A stretch of 58,018 nt of DNA, the filler included, from Gonapodya sp. JEL0774 (taxonomy: Eukaryota), in assembly GCA_027604505.1 (NCBI GenBank). It is 5 parts of 5 records of this genome, joined end to end, with 100 filler letters (N's around TTAATTAATTAA, not from the genome) between each part and the next. Parts side by side here need not be neighbours in the genome. Positions count along the whole stretch, not along the records: positions 35,002 to 46,493 come from JADIIX010000357.1; positions 46,594 to 58,018 come from JADIIX010000358.1; 3 more parts are not named here. One strand, given 5' to 3'. The notes below the pieces were generated by a model. The model saw only the letters and a program-made list of their open reading frames with translations, made no database searches and was not told the DNA's origin. Below, one piece after another: positions 38,088 through 49,900 of this stretch. The translations under genes and the position numbers were made by a program. Position 1 is the stretch's first letter. Every line of letters starts with the position of its first letter.

Positions 38088-39756
38088 ATGTCGAGCATGA
38101 ACGACGGCCTTTTCCCGACGTCCGTGGCGCTTTTCCATCCTGACGAGTTTGAGCGCTATGCCTTGTTGAGGGAAAGGGTCGCCACCATCGAGCGCGGTGC
38201 TCTCGCGGTGGAAAGAGCCATCAGAGGATTTTTCCCAGAGTCGGACCAGAACAGTGGACGCCGGGTGTCTGGGGAAACCAAGCCGGGTGACGACAACTCC
38301 CTTTCCGATCGCGTCAAACACACTTTCAGGGAAGATATAGTTCACTCTTACAATCAGTGGTGAGTCCCAAAGGCCACGTTTTGGTCCACCTTTCTGTCCA
38401 GACAGGGAAGAACGGTTTTCTGACATAGATAATGATGTATCGGTTCCACAACCCATGCCACACTCCACAGGAAACCTATCATCTGGGACCAGGAGTTTGC
38501 TGCCCGGGAGCTCAAGGCAGCCACGGACAAGGTCCAGGAAACTGAAGAGTACTTTGCAGCCACCCTGGACGCGCTGGAACAGACCGGGGCGGAGGTAAGT
38601 AATATCTGAAGGGGGTACTATACTTCTGTGCATCCCGAATCGTTGAAACTGAATTTCCAGATCGCCGTCAAGTATCGGACCATTAAGGGAACTGCGATTG
38701 AAGATGACGCTTTCCCCCGTGCAACTCGGTCGTCCCACCCGGAGGCATTCGAAAGGTATCTCCGACACAAACAGAAGCTTCGTGAGGTCGAAGTTGCAGC
38801 CACTATGATGGAGCAGGTGAACAAAGTCCTTGAGACAAAGAGGAGAGCCTTTGCTGTTGCTGCAGCAGCTGTCGATGAAGCCAGCAAGGTGAGCCATAGT
38901 ATCCAATTCAGAGTGATCCATCAGCCAACGAATATTGATCAATCTTGGTCTATCCAGTCCGAATACTGGGACGGATTTCCGTACGGTCTCCCTGTGGCGC
39001 AAGCGGGCTCCAGCATCGCCCCTTCGAGACGGGCGTCCTCGAAATCTGGCTCGAATGCATCCACCGCCGCCAACACTTCCAGCAAGGTAATCGCGAAACG
39101 AACGTTCGGAACTAGCGCAAATCTTACTTGCAATTTTTGCATTTTAACTGGCTGTTTCGTCCCAGTTCCCGTCCACTCATTCCATCTCGAACTCCCAGTC
39201 ACCACCAGCAATGGCTATCCGATCTGCAACTCCACAACCAACACCGAGCACTCCACAGCACAACATACCTCGCCCACGTGCTTTCACCCCGAACCCCTTC
39301 TCCCGCATGGCGTTTGCTGACTTGCTACCCTCCCGAGCACCCACTCCGAACCAGAGCCGTTCAAACTCTCCCGCTGACTCCCTGTTCAACTCAAAGCGCG
39401 AAAGCGACCACTCCAATCGCGAGAGTACATTCTTTAGCAGGGCCAGTCGGGCCTTCACGGATCCCATCCTGGGATCGCCAACCACCCCGACCAGTCCTCA
39501 TACGCTCGGCCGTCGCGAGTCAGTACCGACTTCGCCCAATCGTAATCCACAAAAGTCGTCTTCGGGGTACAGTTCGGACAGGACCCAATCAGATCAGCCT
39601 ATGAGCCCGGTGACGCCCACCAGCCCCACAACACCGACTCCACCTGCGTCGCGGCCGCGACGCAAGTGGCTCACGACGATCAAGAGAGCACCATCGTGGT
39701 TCAAGACCATCCCTGAGGTGCAGGCGGTGTTGGACGCACCGACCAGGGTTGCGTAG
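38088..39756 (+). CDS. Helical-repeat family paralogue 3, unknown function, long S/T/P-rich tail
   Basis: FPTSVALFHPDEFERYALLRERVATIERGA..., W|KPIIWDQEFAARELK and FPRATRSSHPEAFERYLRHKQK. Introns are GT-AG. Confidence 0.75.
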
Positions 39757-40188
39757 GCATGATGTCGACGGGTCGTCCCCTGTGCATTGAGCCTCGAGGA
39801 GTTCGGAGTTTTGGATTCACAGGAATGTTTGGTTTACGGGAGAGTTGGAAGTGAGAGAATGGATTGATCACATTTCATCCGATGTCCGATTAGCTATACT
39901 TTTTGTTGCGTTTATGATTGTGCTCACACAGTTCACGGTAACAGCAATATTTCAATGCAAAAGAGATCATTTACACGCAAAAATTCCTCATTGTACAATA
40001 CGATCCAGTGAAACGAGATTCGGTGCACTACCAGCTCCTGATTGCATCTTTACTGAAAGGGACGCTGGTTAGCCTCATTTACAACACCGAAGGTATTTAC
40101 AAACGTTCTCAAATGATCTGCTGCTGTTCTTGAGCACGGCGGGCACCGGTCGAATTGGTTTCGATCTTCATACATCGCGATCACCTGA

Positions 40189-40962
40189 CTAACCGCTGGC
40201 GGGTCCCCGAGCCCGCAATTTCTCCCCATACTCGTTGAGAAATCCCTTTATGGTCCCGCACGATATTCCAAGGCTTCTTTGAAATCTTTGTTTTGGCGGG
40301 TCTTCCTCTGCAAAGAACATTCCCATATCAGATCTTACGTTGGTGATCAGCTCGCCGGATTTCGCCAAATCCAGTTGTTCGAGGATGAGTTCCACGTCTC
40401 CTTCCTCGATCTCGTATTCATGTAAAGGTTTAGGACCTGTCACCGCGGCTGATTCTTTCTCTGCCACTCCATCTCCCTTGGTCACGAGTGTCGATAAGAG
40501 GGCCGGAGGTGGGTCCTCAAGAACGCGAGCTGTTTCACCACGCTGCGAGCACATCTCAAGAAATCGCTGCATTTCNNNNNNNNNNNNNNNNNNNNNNNNN
40601 NNNNNNNNNNNNNNNNNNNNNNNNNNNNNNNNNNNNNNNNNNNNNNNNNNNNNNNNNNNNNNNNNNNNNNNNGATCTCGAGGAGCGATGCATAGGCGGAC
40701 TTCTCCAGCTTCTCCAATTCTGCCCGTCTCCAGTTCTTGTCGACGAGAGCGACAATTACTCGTGAGAATGCATGGCGGAACGATGATGATAGAAGAGTGG
40801 TGGCGATAGCGAGCCCTGAATGTGATGTTTTCAGTTGAGCTCGAATGTCCAATCTGGCGACGTGTTCCAGGATCACTCACCGACTTCTCCACAGCCAACA
40901 GCGAGAAGAACAGAAAGCTTCCTCGGGGACGGAGGTGCGATTGAGAGCTGCGGTCCGAGCAT
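40189..40962 (-). CDS. Putative Rossmann-fold (NmrA/SDR-like) protein, interrupted by an assembly gap
   Basis: Removing a GTGAGT..CAG intron gives LSVLLAVGCGEVGLAIATTLL (GxGxxG beta-alpha motif). The middle is hidden by N 40576-40671. Confidence 0.55.
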
Positions 40963-41210
40963 GACTGTGGTGGCAAACTTGACTGGATATACTAGGGCAG
41001 GGCTGACATCAGCTGCAAGCGGTATTACAGCTTATTACAGCTGTCATTCCGCAAGCACAACAGGAACACCTACTACTACATGCAACTCAAGATTCTATGG
41101 GAAACAAACGTTTGCCAGTGTAGATAGCCTCTCGCAGTAAATATAGTTGGTCTGGATCTGGCCGACAAGTTACCAGTACCGCGCTTCGCCGCTTCTTGGA
41201 TTCCCCAGCT

Positions 41211-42446
41211 ATGCCAACCGCCACTCCAACGTTGCCGTCACTGCCATCCGATCTCTCCAAAAAAATCGCACCGCATCCGACCGCCCTCGCCGCTGCTGTG
41301 AACCTTGACCTTTACCCGATTCACGACCCGAGTTCGCAGAATTATTCATCGCTCGTATATCACGCCGCCACTTCTTTCCAAGAAACAGGATGCTTGGTAC
41401 TTCCGAGATTCTTGACCGTCGATGCTTGCGCGTCCGCTACTCGGGTGGCCTCAAGGCTCGTCGGGAAATGTCACAGGAGCGACGGAACCCATCCCGCGTG
41501 GCTGTCCAAGGAAGCCGAGTTGACGGACGGATTGACGATCGGGTGGGATATTAGCAACCAATGCCTCCGTCTTTCCGGACCTTGGTGGTTGAATCAGTCG
41601 ATGGTTGTGTCTCGATCACGGCAGGAGGTCCAGCAAGAACCTCATCGCATACGATGAAGTACCCGCCGACGAGCCCCTTCGACAGGCATATGAGAGCGAG
41701 GATGTGAGTCGATTCCTGCAAGATGTGCTGGGAATGGGCAAGGTCGGTTCTCGTTGAAGTTTTCGGTTCTAGTGTTTCATGCCGATCTGACTCGAGATAT
41801 GGTTCATCCTCGAACGACCAGATTTATCGAACTGCAGACGAACTTGGTGCTCTAAATGTCCACGTGTACGAGCGTGGTGGGTCTCAGTGACCTTTTGCCT
41901 TTGCGCGGGAATCGTGTTCTCACCAAACTCGCCCAAACCTACTTTCGTGCAGGCGACCAACTCAACTGGCATTTTGACCGTGGCGAATACGCCGTCACAG
42001 TTCTCCTTCAGCCTTGTATCTCTGGTGGCCACTTCGAGCACACCGCACCGATCGCGCGACGTCAACCCTACCTCCTTCCAGACGATGTGGAAAGGGATCT
42101 GGTGGAGTCGGTTGTGAAAGGCGAGCGACCAGACATGGTCAAAATACTGGACCTTGGTGTCGGAGACCTGTGCTTGTTCAAGGGTAGGACGCAGTTGCAT
42201 AGAGTGACGGTAAGTACCATTCTTGATTGAGGCTACAATGCTTCTTTCATCAATGAATTCGTGCTCCACTACCACTCTGGTTCTCCCGTCTGTTGGCAAC
42301 TGCAGCCCGTTGTCGATGGCACCCGCTGTCTCGCCGTCATGTCCTACGAAAGTGCACCGGGAGTGAAGTTGAACGCGTACACTAGGGAGAAGTTTTACGG
42401 TGAGTCGGAGAACACGGGGAACGTTTTTTGGTTGTACAGAGTATAA
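41211..42446 (+). CDS. Fe(II)/2-oxoglutarate oxygenase of the bacterial ArpA/BesD-HalD-like family (HxD, hydroxylase-type); 3' end uncertain
   Basis: VNLDLYPI, GCLVLPRFL, IAYDEVP, ADELGALNVHVY, GDQLNWHFD, VTVLLQ..SGGHFE, GDLCLFKG..LHRVT|PV..TR..AVMSY..PGV and EKFYG. At least 4 spliceosomal introns. Confidence 0.8.
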
Positions 42447-43110
42447 AACACTGAACTTGACCATATCTTGTGGTTTGTGGGGCTGGTGGTTCGGTGTTAG
42501 GGCGATAAATGGACTCTCGTAATTTTTAGTGGTGCGATGTTCCGCATTTGAGAAACGGGCAACCACGTTGCTGAGGAGAGTCGAAACGTTTTTATTGAGA
42601 AGTTTGTCGATGTTTGATTGACGTATTTTTTACATGACGCATCGTCGTAAATGTTTCAAGAAGGGGATGACGGGCACCGCAAGGGGATTGGTCGAAGATC
42701 ACCGTGGCATAAGGAATTGAATGCGTTTACTTGGCTTGATAGTTCGCAGGAATTGCGATGCTCAATAGGATGCTCTATTGTACCAGCAAGGTCATGGCGC
42801 ACGATCACCAGCGGCTGTACTACTAACCCAGCCGCAATGATAACATTAACTTAGCCATGCAAATTTGCTTGAAATGCAGTGCTATGGATGAAGAGCACAC
42901 AGCAACTCGGAATCTGCGAAGTTTCGGAATGCTGGATAATTATATTTTAGCGAGCACAGAGGGAAGGTCAACCCATCCGACGGCACCATTCAAAACAAAC
43001 TTGCAGCAGATGTCGGCACCGCTATTTCGAGAACCGAGCGAAGTTCCAAGTACTCCTTGTGATCTTTACTCTACACCAAAGACTTGAATTCACCGTTGAA
43101 GATCGCAACG

Positions 43111-45158
43111 ATGGCCGGCTCGGAATCCAAAGCGTCCTCGCCCTACGAATACACGACGGACGTGCTCATCATCGGCAGTGGGCCCGCTGGTGGCGCCGCT
43201 GCCTTGGCTCTGGCGACTTATGGTGTCTCGCATATCGTGATTACAAAGTACAGGTGGGTTGACCATGGGAGACACGGACCATTCCTGCCGAACGATGTTT
43301 TGAACCGTGATTTGGCTTGATATTGATTGAATCCTCCGAAATTCATTGCAATATCTTGACAGATGGACTGCCAACACTCCTCGTGCTCATATCACAAACC
43401 AGGTGAGCTTGGTTGCAACGAGGTGTCGTCACTGCAATCTCTCTTCCAATTCGCTCACTCCACCAATCCGGCTCCTTTATTTTAGAGAACCATGGAAATT
43501 CTTCGCGATCTGGGAATCGAAAACGATGTCAAAGCACAAGGCACCCCGCACCACCTCATGGGGGACACCTTGTTGTGTACCTCACTTACCGGGGAAGAGC
43601 TCGGCCGCATGCGTTCGTGGCTCACGAGACCGGACCGAGAAGGAGACCTTGTTGCCGCCAGTCCGTCGGTCAACTGTGATGTTCCGCAGACCTTCCTGGA
43701 ACCCATCATCCTCGGCAAGGCTGCAGAGCGAGGGAGCAGGATCCTGTTCAGCACCGAATACGTTTGCTTACAGCAAGATGATGAAGGTGTGACGGCAAAG
43801 GTGCGCGACAGACTGTCAGGTAGGGAGTACTTGATTCGTGCAAAGTATATGATTGGTGCCGATGGTGGTAAGAGCAAGGTGAGTGCAGCCTCTTTCTTAT
43901 CCTTAAGCATCTCAAAACTGACGTACTTGCTTCTTGCTCATCCAAGATTGGGCCTGAAATTGGCTTGCCATACGAAGGGCAAATGGACCTTGCGGGCAAC
44001 ATGAACGTGGTTTTCGAGGCCGACCTCACCCACCTCGTGGCTCATCGCCCGGCTGTCCTTTACTGGGTCTTACAACCAGGCGTGGGGATCGGCGGAATCG
44101 GTCTGGGTTTAGTCCGCATGGTTAGGATGTGGAACCAGTGGATGGTCGTGTGGGGTTTCGATATCAACCAACCGCCACCGGAAGTGACCGACGAGTTCGT
44201 CAGTAAGGTAGTCCGAGAACTCGTGGGGGATGACAACCTGCCAGTGAAAATCCTCTCTACATCCCTCTGGAGCATCAACAAAAAGTTCGCCACCCGCTAT
44301 CGCGCAGGTCGTGTCTTTTGCGCTGGTGACGCTGTTCACCGGCACCCACCATCCAACGGATTGGGTTCCAACACATCTATTCAAGACAGCTACAATCTCG
44401 CGTGGAAACTCGCACTCGTCCTCCGTGGCAAGGCTGGACCGGGCCTCCTCGACACCTACGACGACGAACGGGCACCCATCGGCAAGCAAATCGTCCTTCG
44501 TTCCAACAAAAGTCTCGAAGAGTTTGGAGCGACGATGGTGGCGCTGGGAGTTGTTGGTGCAAAAGACGAGGAGGAAATGCGTAAAGGGATAGCGTCCCGA
44601 TGCGACGATACCCCAGAGGGTCTCCAGCGCCGCGAAGCTCTCCGCAAGGCTCTCGAACTCAAGGACTACGAATTTAACGCACATGGCGTGGAGATGGGTC
44701 ATCGATACACTTCAAAGGCCGTGGTAGTGGATGGAACACCGGAACCTGCCTACACCCGCGACCCTGAACTCTACTACCATCCGACCACCTGGCCTGGTGC
44801 ACGGCTACCCCATGTCTGGTTATTGGACTCAGGGACAGGAAGGAGAGTCAGCACGCATGATCTGGCTGGAAAGGGCCGGTTCGCGCTCTTCACGGGCATT
44901 TCGGGATCCAAGTGGGCGGAGGCTGCTATGAAAGTGTCTGAAATGCTGGGTGTGGATGTGGTACCGTACATTATTGGTCCGGGTCGGGCTTACTTGGATG
45001 TTTACGAGGACTGGGCCAGGGCACGGGAGGTCGAGGAGAGTGGGTGTATTTTGGTGCGACCAGATGCACATGTAGGGTGGCGCTCGGCCACATTGGGGAT
45101 CGATCCGGCGGGAAAGTTGCTCGAAGTAATGGCGCAAATCTTGGACAGGAAAGTGTAG
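43111..45158 (+). CDS. tfdB: FAD-dependent phenol hydroxylase, 2,4-dichlorophenol 6-monooxygenase / resorcinol hydroxylase family
   Basis: DVLIIGSGPAG, KYR|WTANTPRAHITNQ|RTMEILRDLG, IGADGG, GRVFCAGDAVHRHPPSNGLGSNTSIQDSYNLAWKL, PGARLPHVWL and ILVRPDAHVGWR. Three introns. The symbol denotes the family, not a proven substrate. Confidence 0.9.
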
Positions 45159-45807
45159 AGTACGATGTTTCATTTCAGTAGGGGTAAAGAAAAATTGTGA
45201 ATGTACCCTTTCTGCGTTGATATGTAACTTGTGAAGGCGACGAGCCGACAACGCCAAAGCATGCGCGTGTTTTCTTTGTCTCCATCAGCATTTCCATAGC
45301 ACTTGCTTATTTTTCATGATGCAAATGTAATCACTTTGGAGGATTCGGAGGGGCGCACGTGGCTACGGCAGGACCGGTACTTTGTCTAATCCTTTCCATT
45401 CTTCGCCTGGTCTTGGACCAGCTTGAGGGGACCTGATCGGCTGAAACAAGATAATGTATTCATCGAGTCGATACTAGCTTCATTGATTTCCTCATCACCA
45501 CCGAGCCGCGTCCAGTTGCAACATGTACTTCGAGAGGGATGTTGCTCAACCGCTCTCCGCGCTCGCATGGGATCTCACTCACACTTTTTCAAAAATGCTG
45601 CGCTGAAAGCATACGTCGTATGTCGCTGTTAGCTGTTGTTTGTTTCGTGACACTCCCGATAGTCGGCACGGTTGAGGCCATTTTGTCTAAACACAGCAAA
45701 GCTTGCCCCAATAATCAGCAATCTCGTTCAAGTCTCGAGATTCCGCATCGTCTTCCTTTCTCCTCGCAAATTAACTTACCCAGTCCCGCCGTCCGCCTTA
45801 TCAGCTC

Positions 45808-46493
45808 ATGGATCTCTTGATCGACTATTATCTGCCCAACCATTTCACGGACACTCTCCCGACGGAAATCTGGCAGAAAATCTTCCGATTTCTTACTCCC
45901 CGGACTTTCTACGGAGTGATCCCTCGTGTGTGTGGTCGCTTCCGAGACGCGTCGTTCGACGCGATTCCTGGATGTCCATCGAGGACAGTCGGGATCAGCT
46001 GCGAAGTTTCAGCCGAGCAACGAGATTCACGATTCACATCTCGTCCATCGTATCATAGCGATGAGGGCTTTCATTCTGTTGAGTACCAGGGCAGAGTTGT
46101 GTGGACGGTGTTGAAGACGTTTGTCACATTGTCTCATCGCACAGTGGCAGAGACGTCGCTGGACTTGCTCAATACCGTCCTGGTTGATCAAAATTGCAAC
46201 GTAGACGTAACGGGTGATGTAAAAATTCCGTGTCGGAGCCAGTTGAAGGTTGCCGTGAGCGCAGTAGGGATCGTTATGTTGACTGAGCTGGAAGAACTCG
46301 AGGTCGCCGATGTTCCCAACATACAAAAGAATGCACTGTCAGCTTTGAAATCACTTATTTGCTTTGCACAAAAAGCACAAGTTCGGGCATTCGCGCTCTA
46401 TGGTGGAAGCTTAGATTTTGTGTCGGCATTAGGACCAAGCGACCGGCTGAGGTTGGATTCTGTGGAGTACTTGACGGCCGACAATGACACAAA
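45808..46493 (+). CDS. F-box domain protein (3'-truncated by the contig end)
   Basis: LPTEIWQKIFRFL..YGVIPRVCGRFRD is an F-box-type motif. The frame stays open to the linker. Confidence 0.8.
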
Positions 46494-46593
46494 NNNNNNN
46501 NNNNNNNNNNNNNNNNNNNNNNNNNNNNNNNNNNNNNTTAATTAATTAANNNNNNNNNNNNNNNNNNNNNNNNNNNNNNNNNNNNNNNNNNNN
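46494..46593. other. Artificial contig linker
   Basis: N44-TTAATTAATTAA-N44. Confidence 0.97.
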
Positions 46594-46838
46594 TCTTATC
46601 GAAACCCAATCCTCACGAACTTGAAGAAGGTCCAGAGATAGGAAAAGCAGGACTCTCAATACACGAACCTTTCTTGAAAGAGAGTGGACAGATTAGCACC
46701 GAAAATGCTTGATAGTACGAAAGAGTTATTCATTGATATTCGTACAGCGAGGAAGAAACCGGCACTTCCTCCTTGAGATTTCATTGAGTAGACAGAATAA
46801 ATGTGCCCGCAATCGAGAATGGCTATGAGTGTATTCAA

Positions 46839-46957
46839 CCTGGACAATGCGAATGCCGACAAGTCCAAATACTTAGATTCCATCACCATTACTTTTGCAA
46901 CACAGCAGGAGCCGTGCTGTAACCGTAGCACCGCGAGTTTGGATCTCGCAAATCTTG
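46839..46957 (+). repeat. Dispersed duplication, copy 1 (copy 2 at 50440-50565)
   Basis: Identical core GTAGCACCGCGAGTTTGGATCTCGCAAATCTTG with diverged flanking similarity. Confidence 0.85.
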
Positions 46958-49900
46958 AATCTCACAAGATAACCCGCTCTTTGCCCGCCAGGTACACTAA
47001 CATGATTGAGACTACATGGAGATCCCTTTCGTGGTAGCGATGCGGGCTCGGTTTCACCAGAATCAGTGCGGGGAACAGGACGTCAGACTCTCTTTCCCCA
47101 GAATTCATTCGGATGCGAGCTTCTACATGAAGTAAAGATGGCGTAATCTTGATTCCGTTTTTAGGGTTGGCTGCAGAGAAGTTATTGCGAGTGGGTTGAA
47201 TCTCGAAATTCACTGCAGAACTGGAGTCGACGATGATAACAATACAAAGCGCAGCCAAACATTCCCAAGGCGAAGTGCAATTTTCCATGTTGTTTTATCA
47301 CATCTTATTTTTAGTTTCCTATCGCTGCCAACAAGACAAGGGTACATAGGACAAAAGTACATATAGTAACGGCACTCAAGGTGAATGCCACAGCCTCTCC
47401 TGCGAAATGCCTTTGGAGATGGAAATTTCTTTTCGCGCTTTCTGAGCAGCCCAACTCTCAAAAGTGCAGGGCTTTCTTTGTGGATCTGCCGCACCGGCGC
47501 AATTTGCATACAAACGCGACAAACGTTTTGGATATCAGCCGCTCCGAAAATTCCCGTCATTGCGACTCACAACAATCCTCTCATGCTTTTGTGATCGAAG
47601 AACCTCTCTCGTCGTATCTCTCTGTCTCCACCTTTGAGCTTTACCCCGAGGACGCCACATCTCATTTTTCTAGAACTTTGAACAAGTGGAAGCGCTCTGC
47701 TCGGAAACAATGTCTAGTGTACCTATGGAATAGATTTTTGTACTCCAACAGGACTGATGGGCATCGGATGACTTGGATATGGCACTTCTCGGGCGCAGCG
47801 GAGAGAACTCACCGCCGACCAATACTTCAGAAGGCACAAACTGTATCTGAACATTCTATGGACTTTGTCAACTTCTCTTTGTGGCTTCGGCATACTGAGA
47901 CGTGAACCCGCCTCAGCTTTCCGAGCGATTCTGAATAATCGAATGAAGAGAAGAATACTTCGCCGACCAACATGTGTCTTTGTGTTTCTCGCGTTATGAT
48001 TAATCGCTTGCTGAGATTGCTTGCGGAGCTCTCACGTGGTAACTTTTCTGGGAACTCCGTTTCACGAACGACTTTATTGATCAATGGGATTGATACTGCA
48101 CGCTTTCCTCTGCTTTGCTGTTTCGTGTGGGCTGCTCCCTGTGATCTCTTTTTCGTTCTGATGAATTGAAATTTTTGAAATTGTCTCTGAACTATCGGAC
48201 TTAAAATGAAACTACACACCTGCGAAACCAAAAATGAATTTGCAGCGAGATTTTTGTGGCCAAAGCTACTGCGGGTGCACAGACCACGGGTCTCCCATAT
48301 AAATAGCTTCGATTTCCCGTATTCAACTCGTGTCCTTTGCTGGGGTCCATATCCATCGGCCCCCCCCCCCCCAGGGCCGGTGGTAGGATGTCTAAGCCCG
48401 ATGTCCACACTGACGATGATCCATTCCGCAGCTGGCTTCGTGGACGAATACTCCCCCAGTGGGAGCTCCAGCATCGCGAACACCTGGGGTCCCGAGCTTG
48501 TCCCTCCTGGGGGCCAGGCGTGACGGATCACTAAGCCCGAAGTCCACGCGTCAGCGCTGAGCTTCGTGGACGAATACTCCTGCTGAGCAGGAGCTCCAGA
48601 ATTTGAATGTGAAACCAATGAAAACAAGTTGAGCAGCCGATGGTGGGGTCGCAGAAACTCTATTGCAGCAGACTGTATTCACAGACCTCATTGTAATCTA
48701 AACATGACTGATACTGGACTACGTTCATCTGATATCAAATCCCGCAACTCGTCCGGTCTGTCTGTTATCCGTCTGCCGTCCCACTGAGCATGTCCTCACT
48801 TGACCCCAATTCGCGGTCAAATCCACCCCGAACTCGCTGTTTAAGTCTTGAGCTTAGAGTTGGAGATGCAATCATTGATTTGTGCTGTCCTGTCGTGGCG
48901 ATGGAGACACATTTTTCCCTTGTGTCCGATGGGGTACACAAATCCCCATTTCCTAGGAGAATGACTTGGAACAAGCCTTCAGTGTCCTTGTTCGCCTACT
49001 AATATACTTTACTGGAATGTATTTTGATGATATGAACGTGCTTCCGCCTGCGGATGGAGAGAATGAGTTGAGCTGCGGGTTTCTCGGGACTAGAGTCTCA
49101 AACGAGCGCATTTCCTCGAGCGAGCTTGTCTACTTGCTGTCCAGAAACCTCACTTGATCAAATGAAGTCATGAGGCAGTCACTACACTCTACTCTCCACT
49201 CTTGAAACCCCCGTTTGCTCCCAATACCATTCCTGACCACTCTTCCCGAGAAATGCTTCACACCGTTGTCACGACTCGTCCATCATGTGAGCACTCTATG
49301 GTCTTGCGGATATTCTTGGTCGCTGGGTGTGTACAGACGTGAAACAATGTGGGTGGGAGGAGAGCGTGAGGGGGGACACGAGAACTGCACGGCATAGCGG
49401 AGGCTCGAGGCCTCAATAAATAGTATGAAGTATATATTTTCATTCAGTAACGAGACCAAACTCTGAAGAACGACACTGATTTGGACCAGCACGTATCAGG
49501 AACACATCGCCAAGAATTGCTCAGCCAATCACCATTCACTGCCTTCTTCGTCAGCTCCACATTATGCTGCTCTCGCACACCAGGTTTCTTATCCTGCGCC
49601 AATCCTCAACTGCGGAGGAGCGAGTAGTTATCCGACCTCGAAACACAATGGTGAAGCTGCAACCCCTGACGTTGGAGAGTCCACACCTCTGTCAAAGAAC
49701 CCTTCCATGCACTTCCTACATCAGCACTAACATCGCGTAGCTCATGGTACAGCTCAAACACTCAGGTCGCTCGTACTCCTTGAAAGCTGATGCCGCCATT
49801 GGTCCCACTACTCCACGACATACTCCATTATCCAGGTCCTTGGTTTCATCATACACGCCATCAGTTCTGCATTTACCAGGTGGGGACACAGTTGATTCCC

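Noticed and set aside
37956..39002. 348-aa minus-strand ORF (likewise 41769..42566, 44109..44702 and 54528..55418)
   Set aside because: These are antisense shadows of better-supported spliced genes on the opposite strand and carry no motifs.
41211..42446. Calling the BesD-like gene a halogenase
   Set aside because: It retains Asp in HxD (WHFD), whereas halogenases of this family have Gly/Ala there.
29139..45158. One large secondary-metabolite cluster (NmrA, P450, 2OG oxygenase, monooxygenase)
   Set aside because: It spans the artificial linker at 34902-35001, so the P450 and NmrA genes are on a different contig. No backbone synthase is present.
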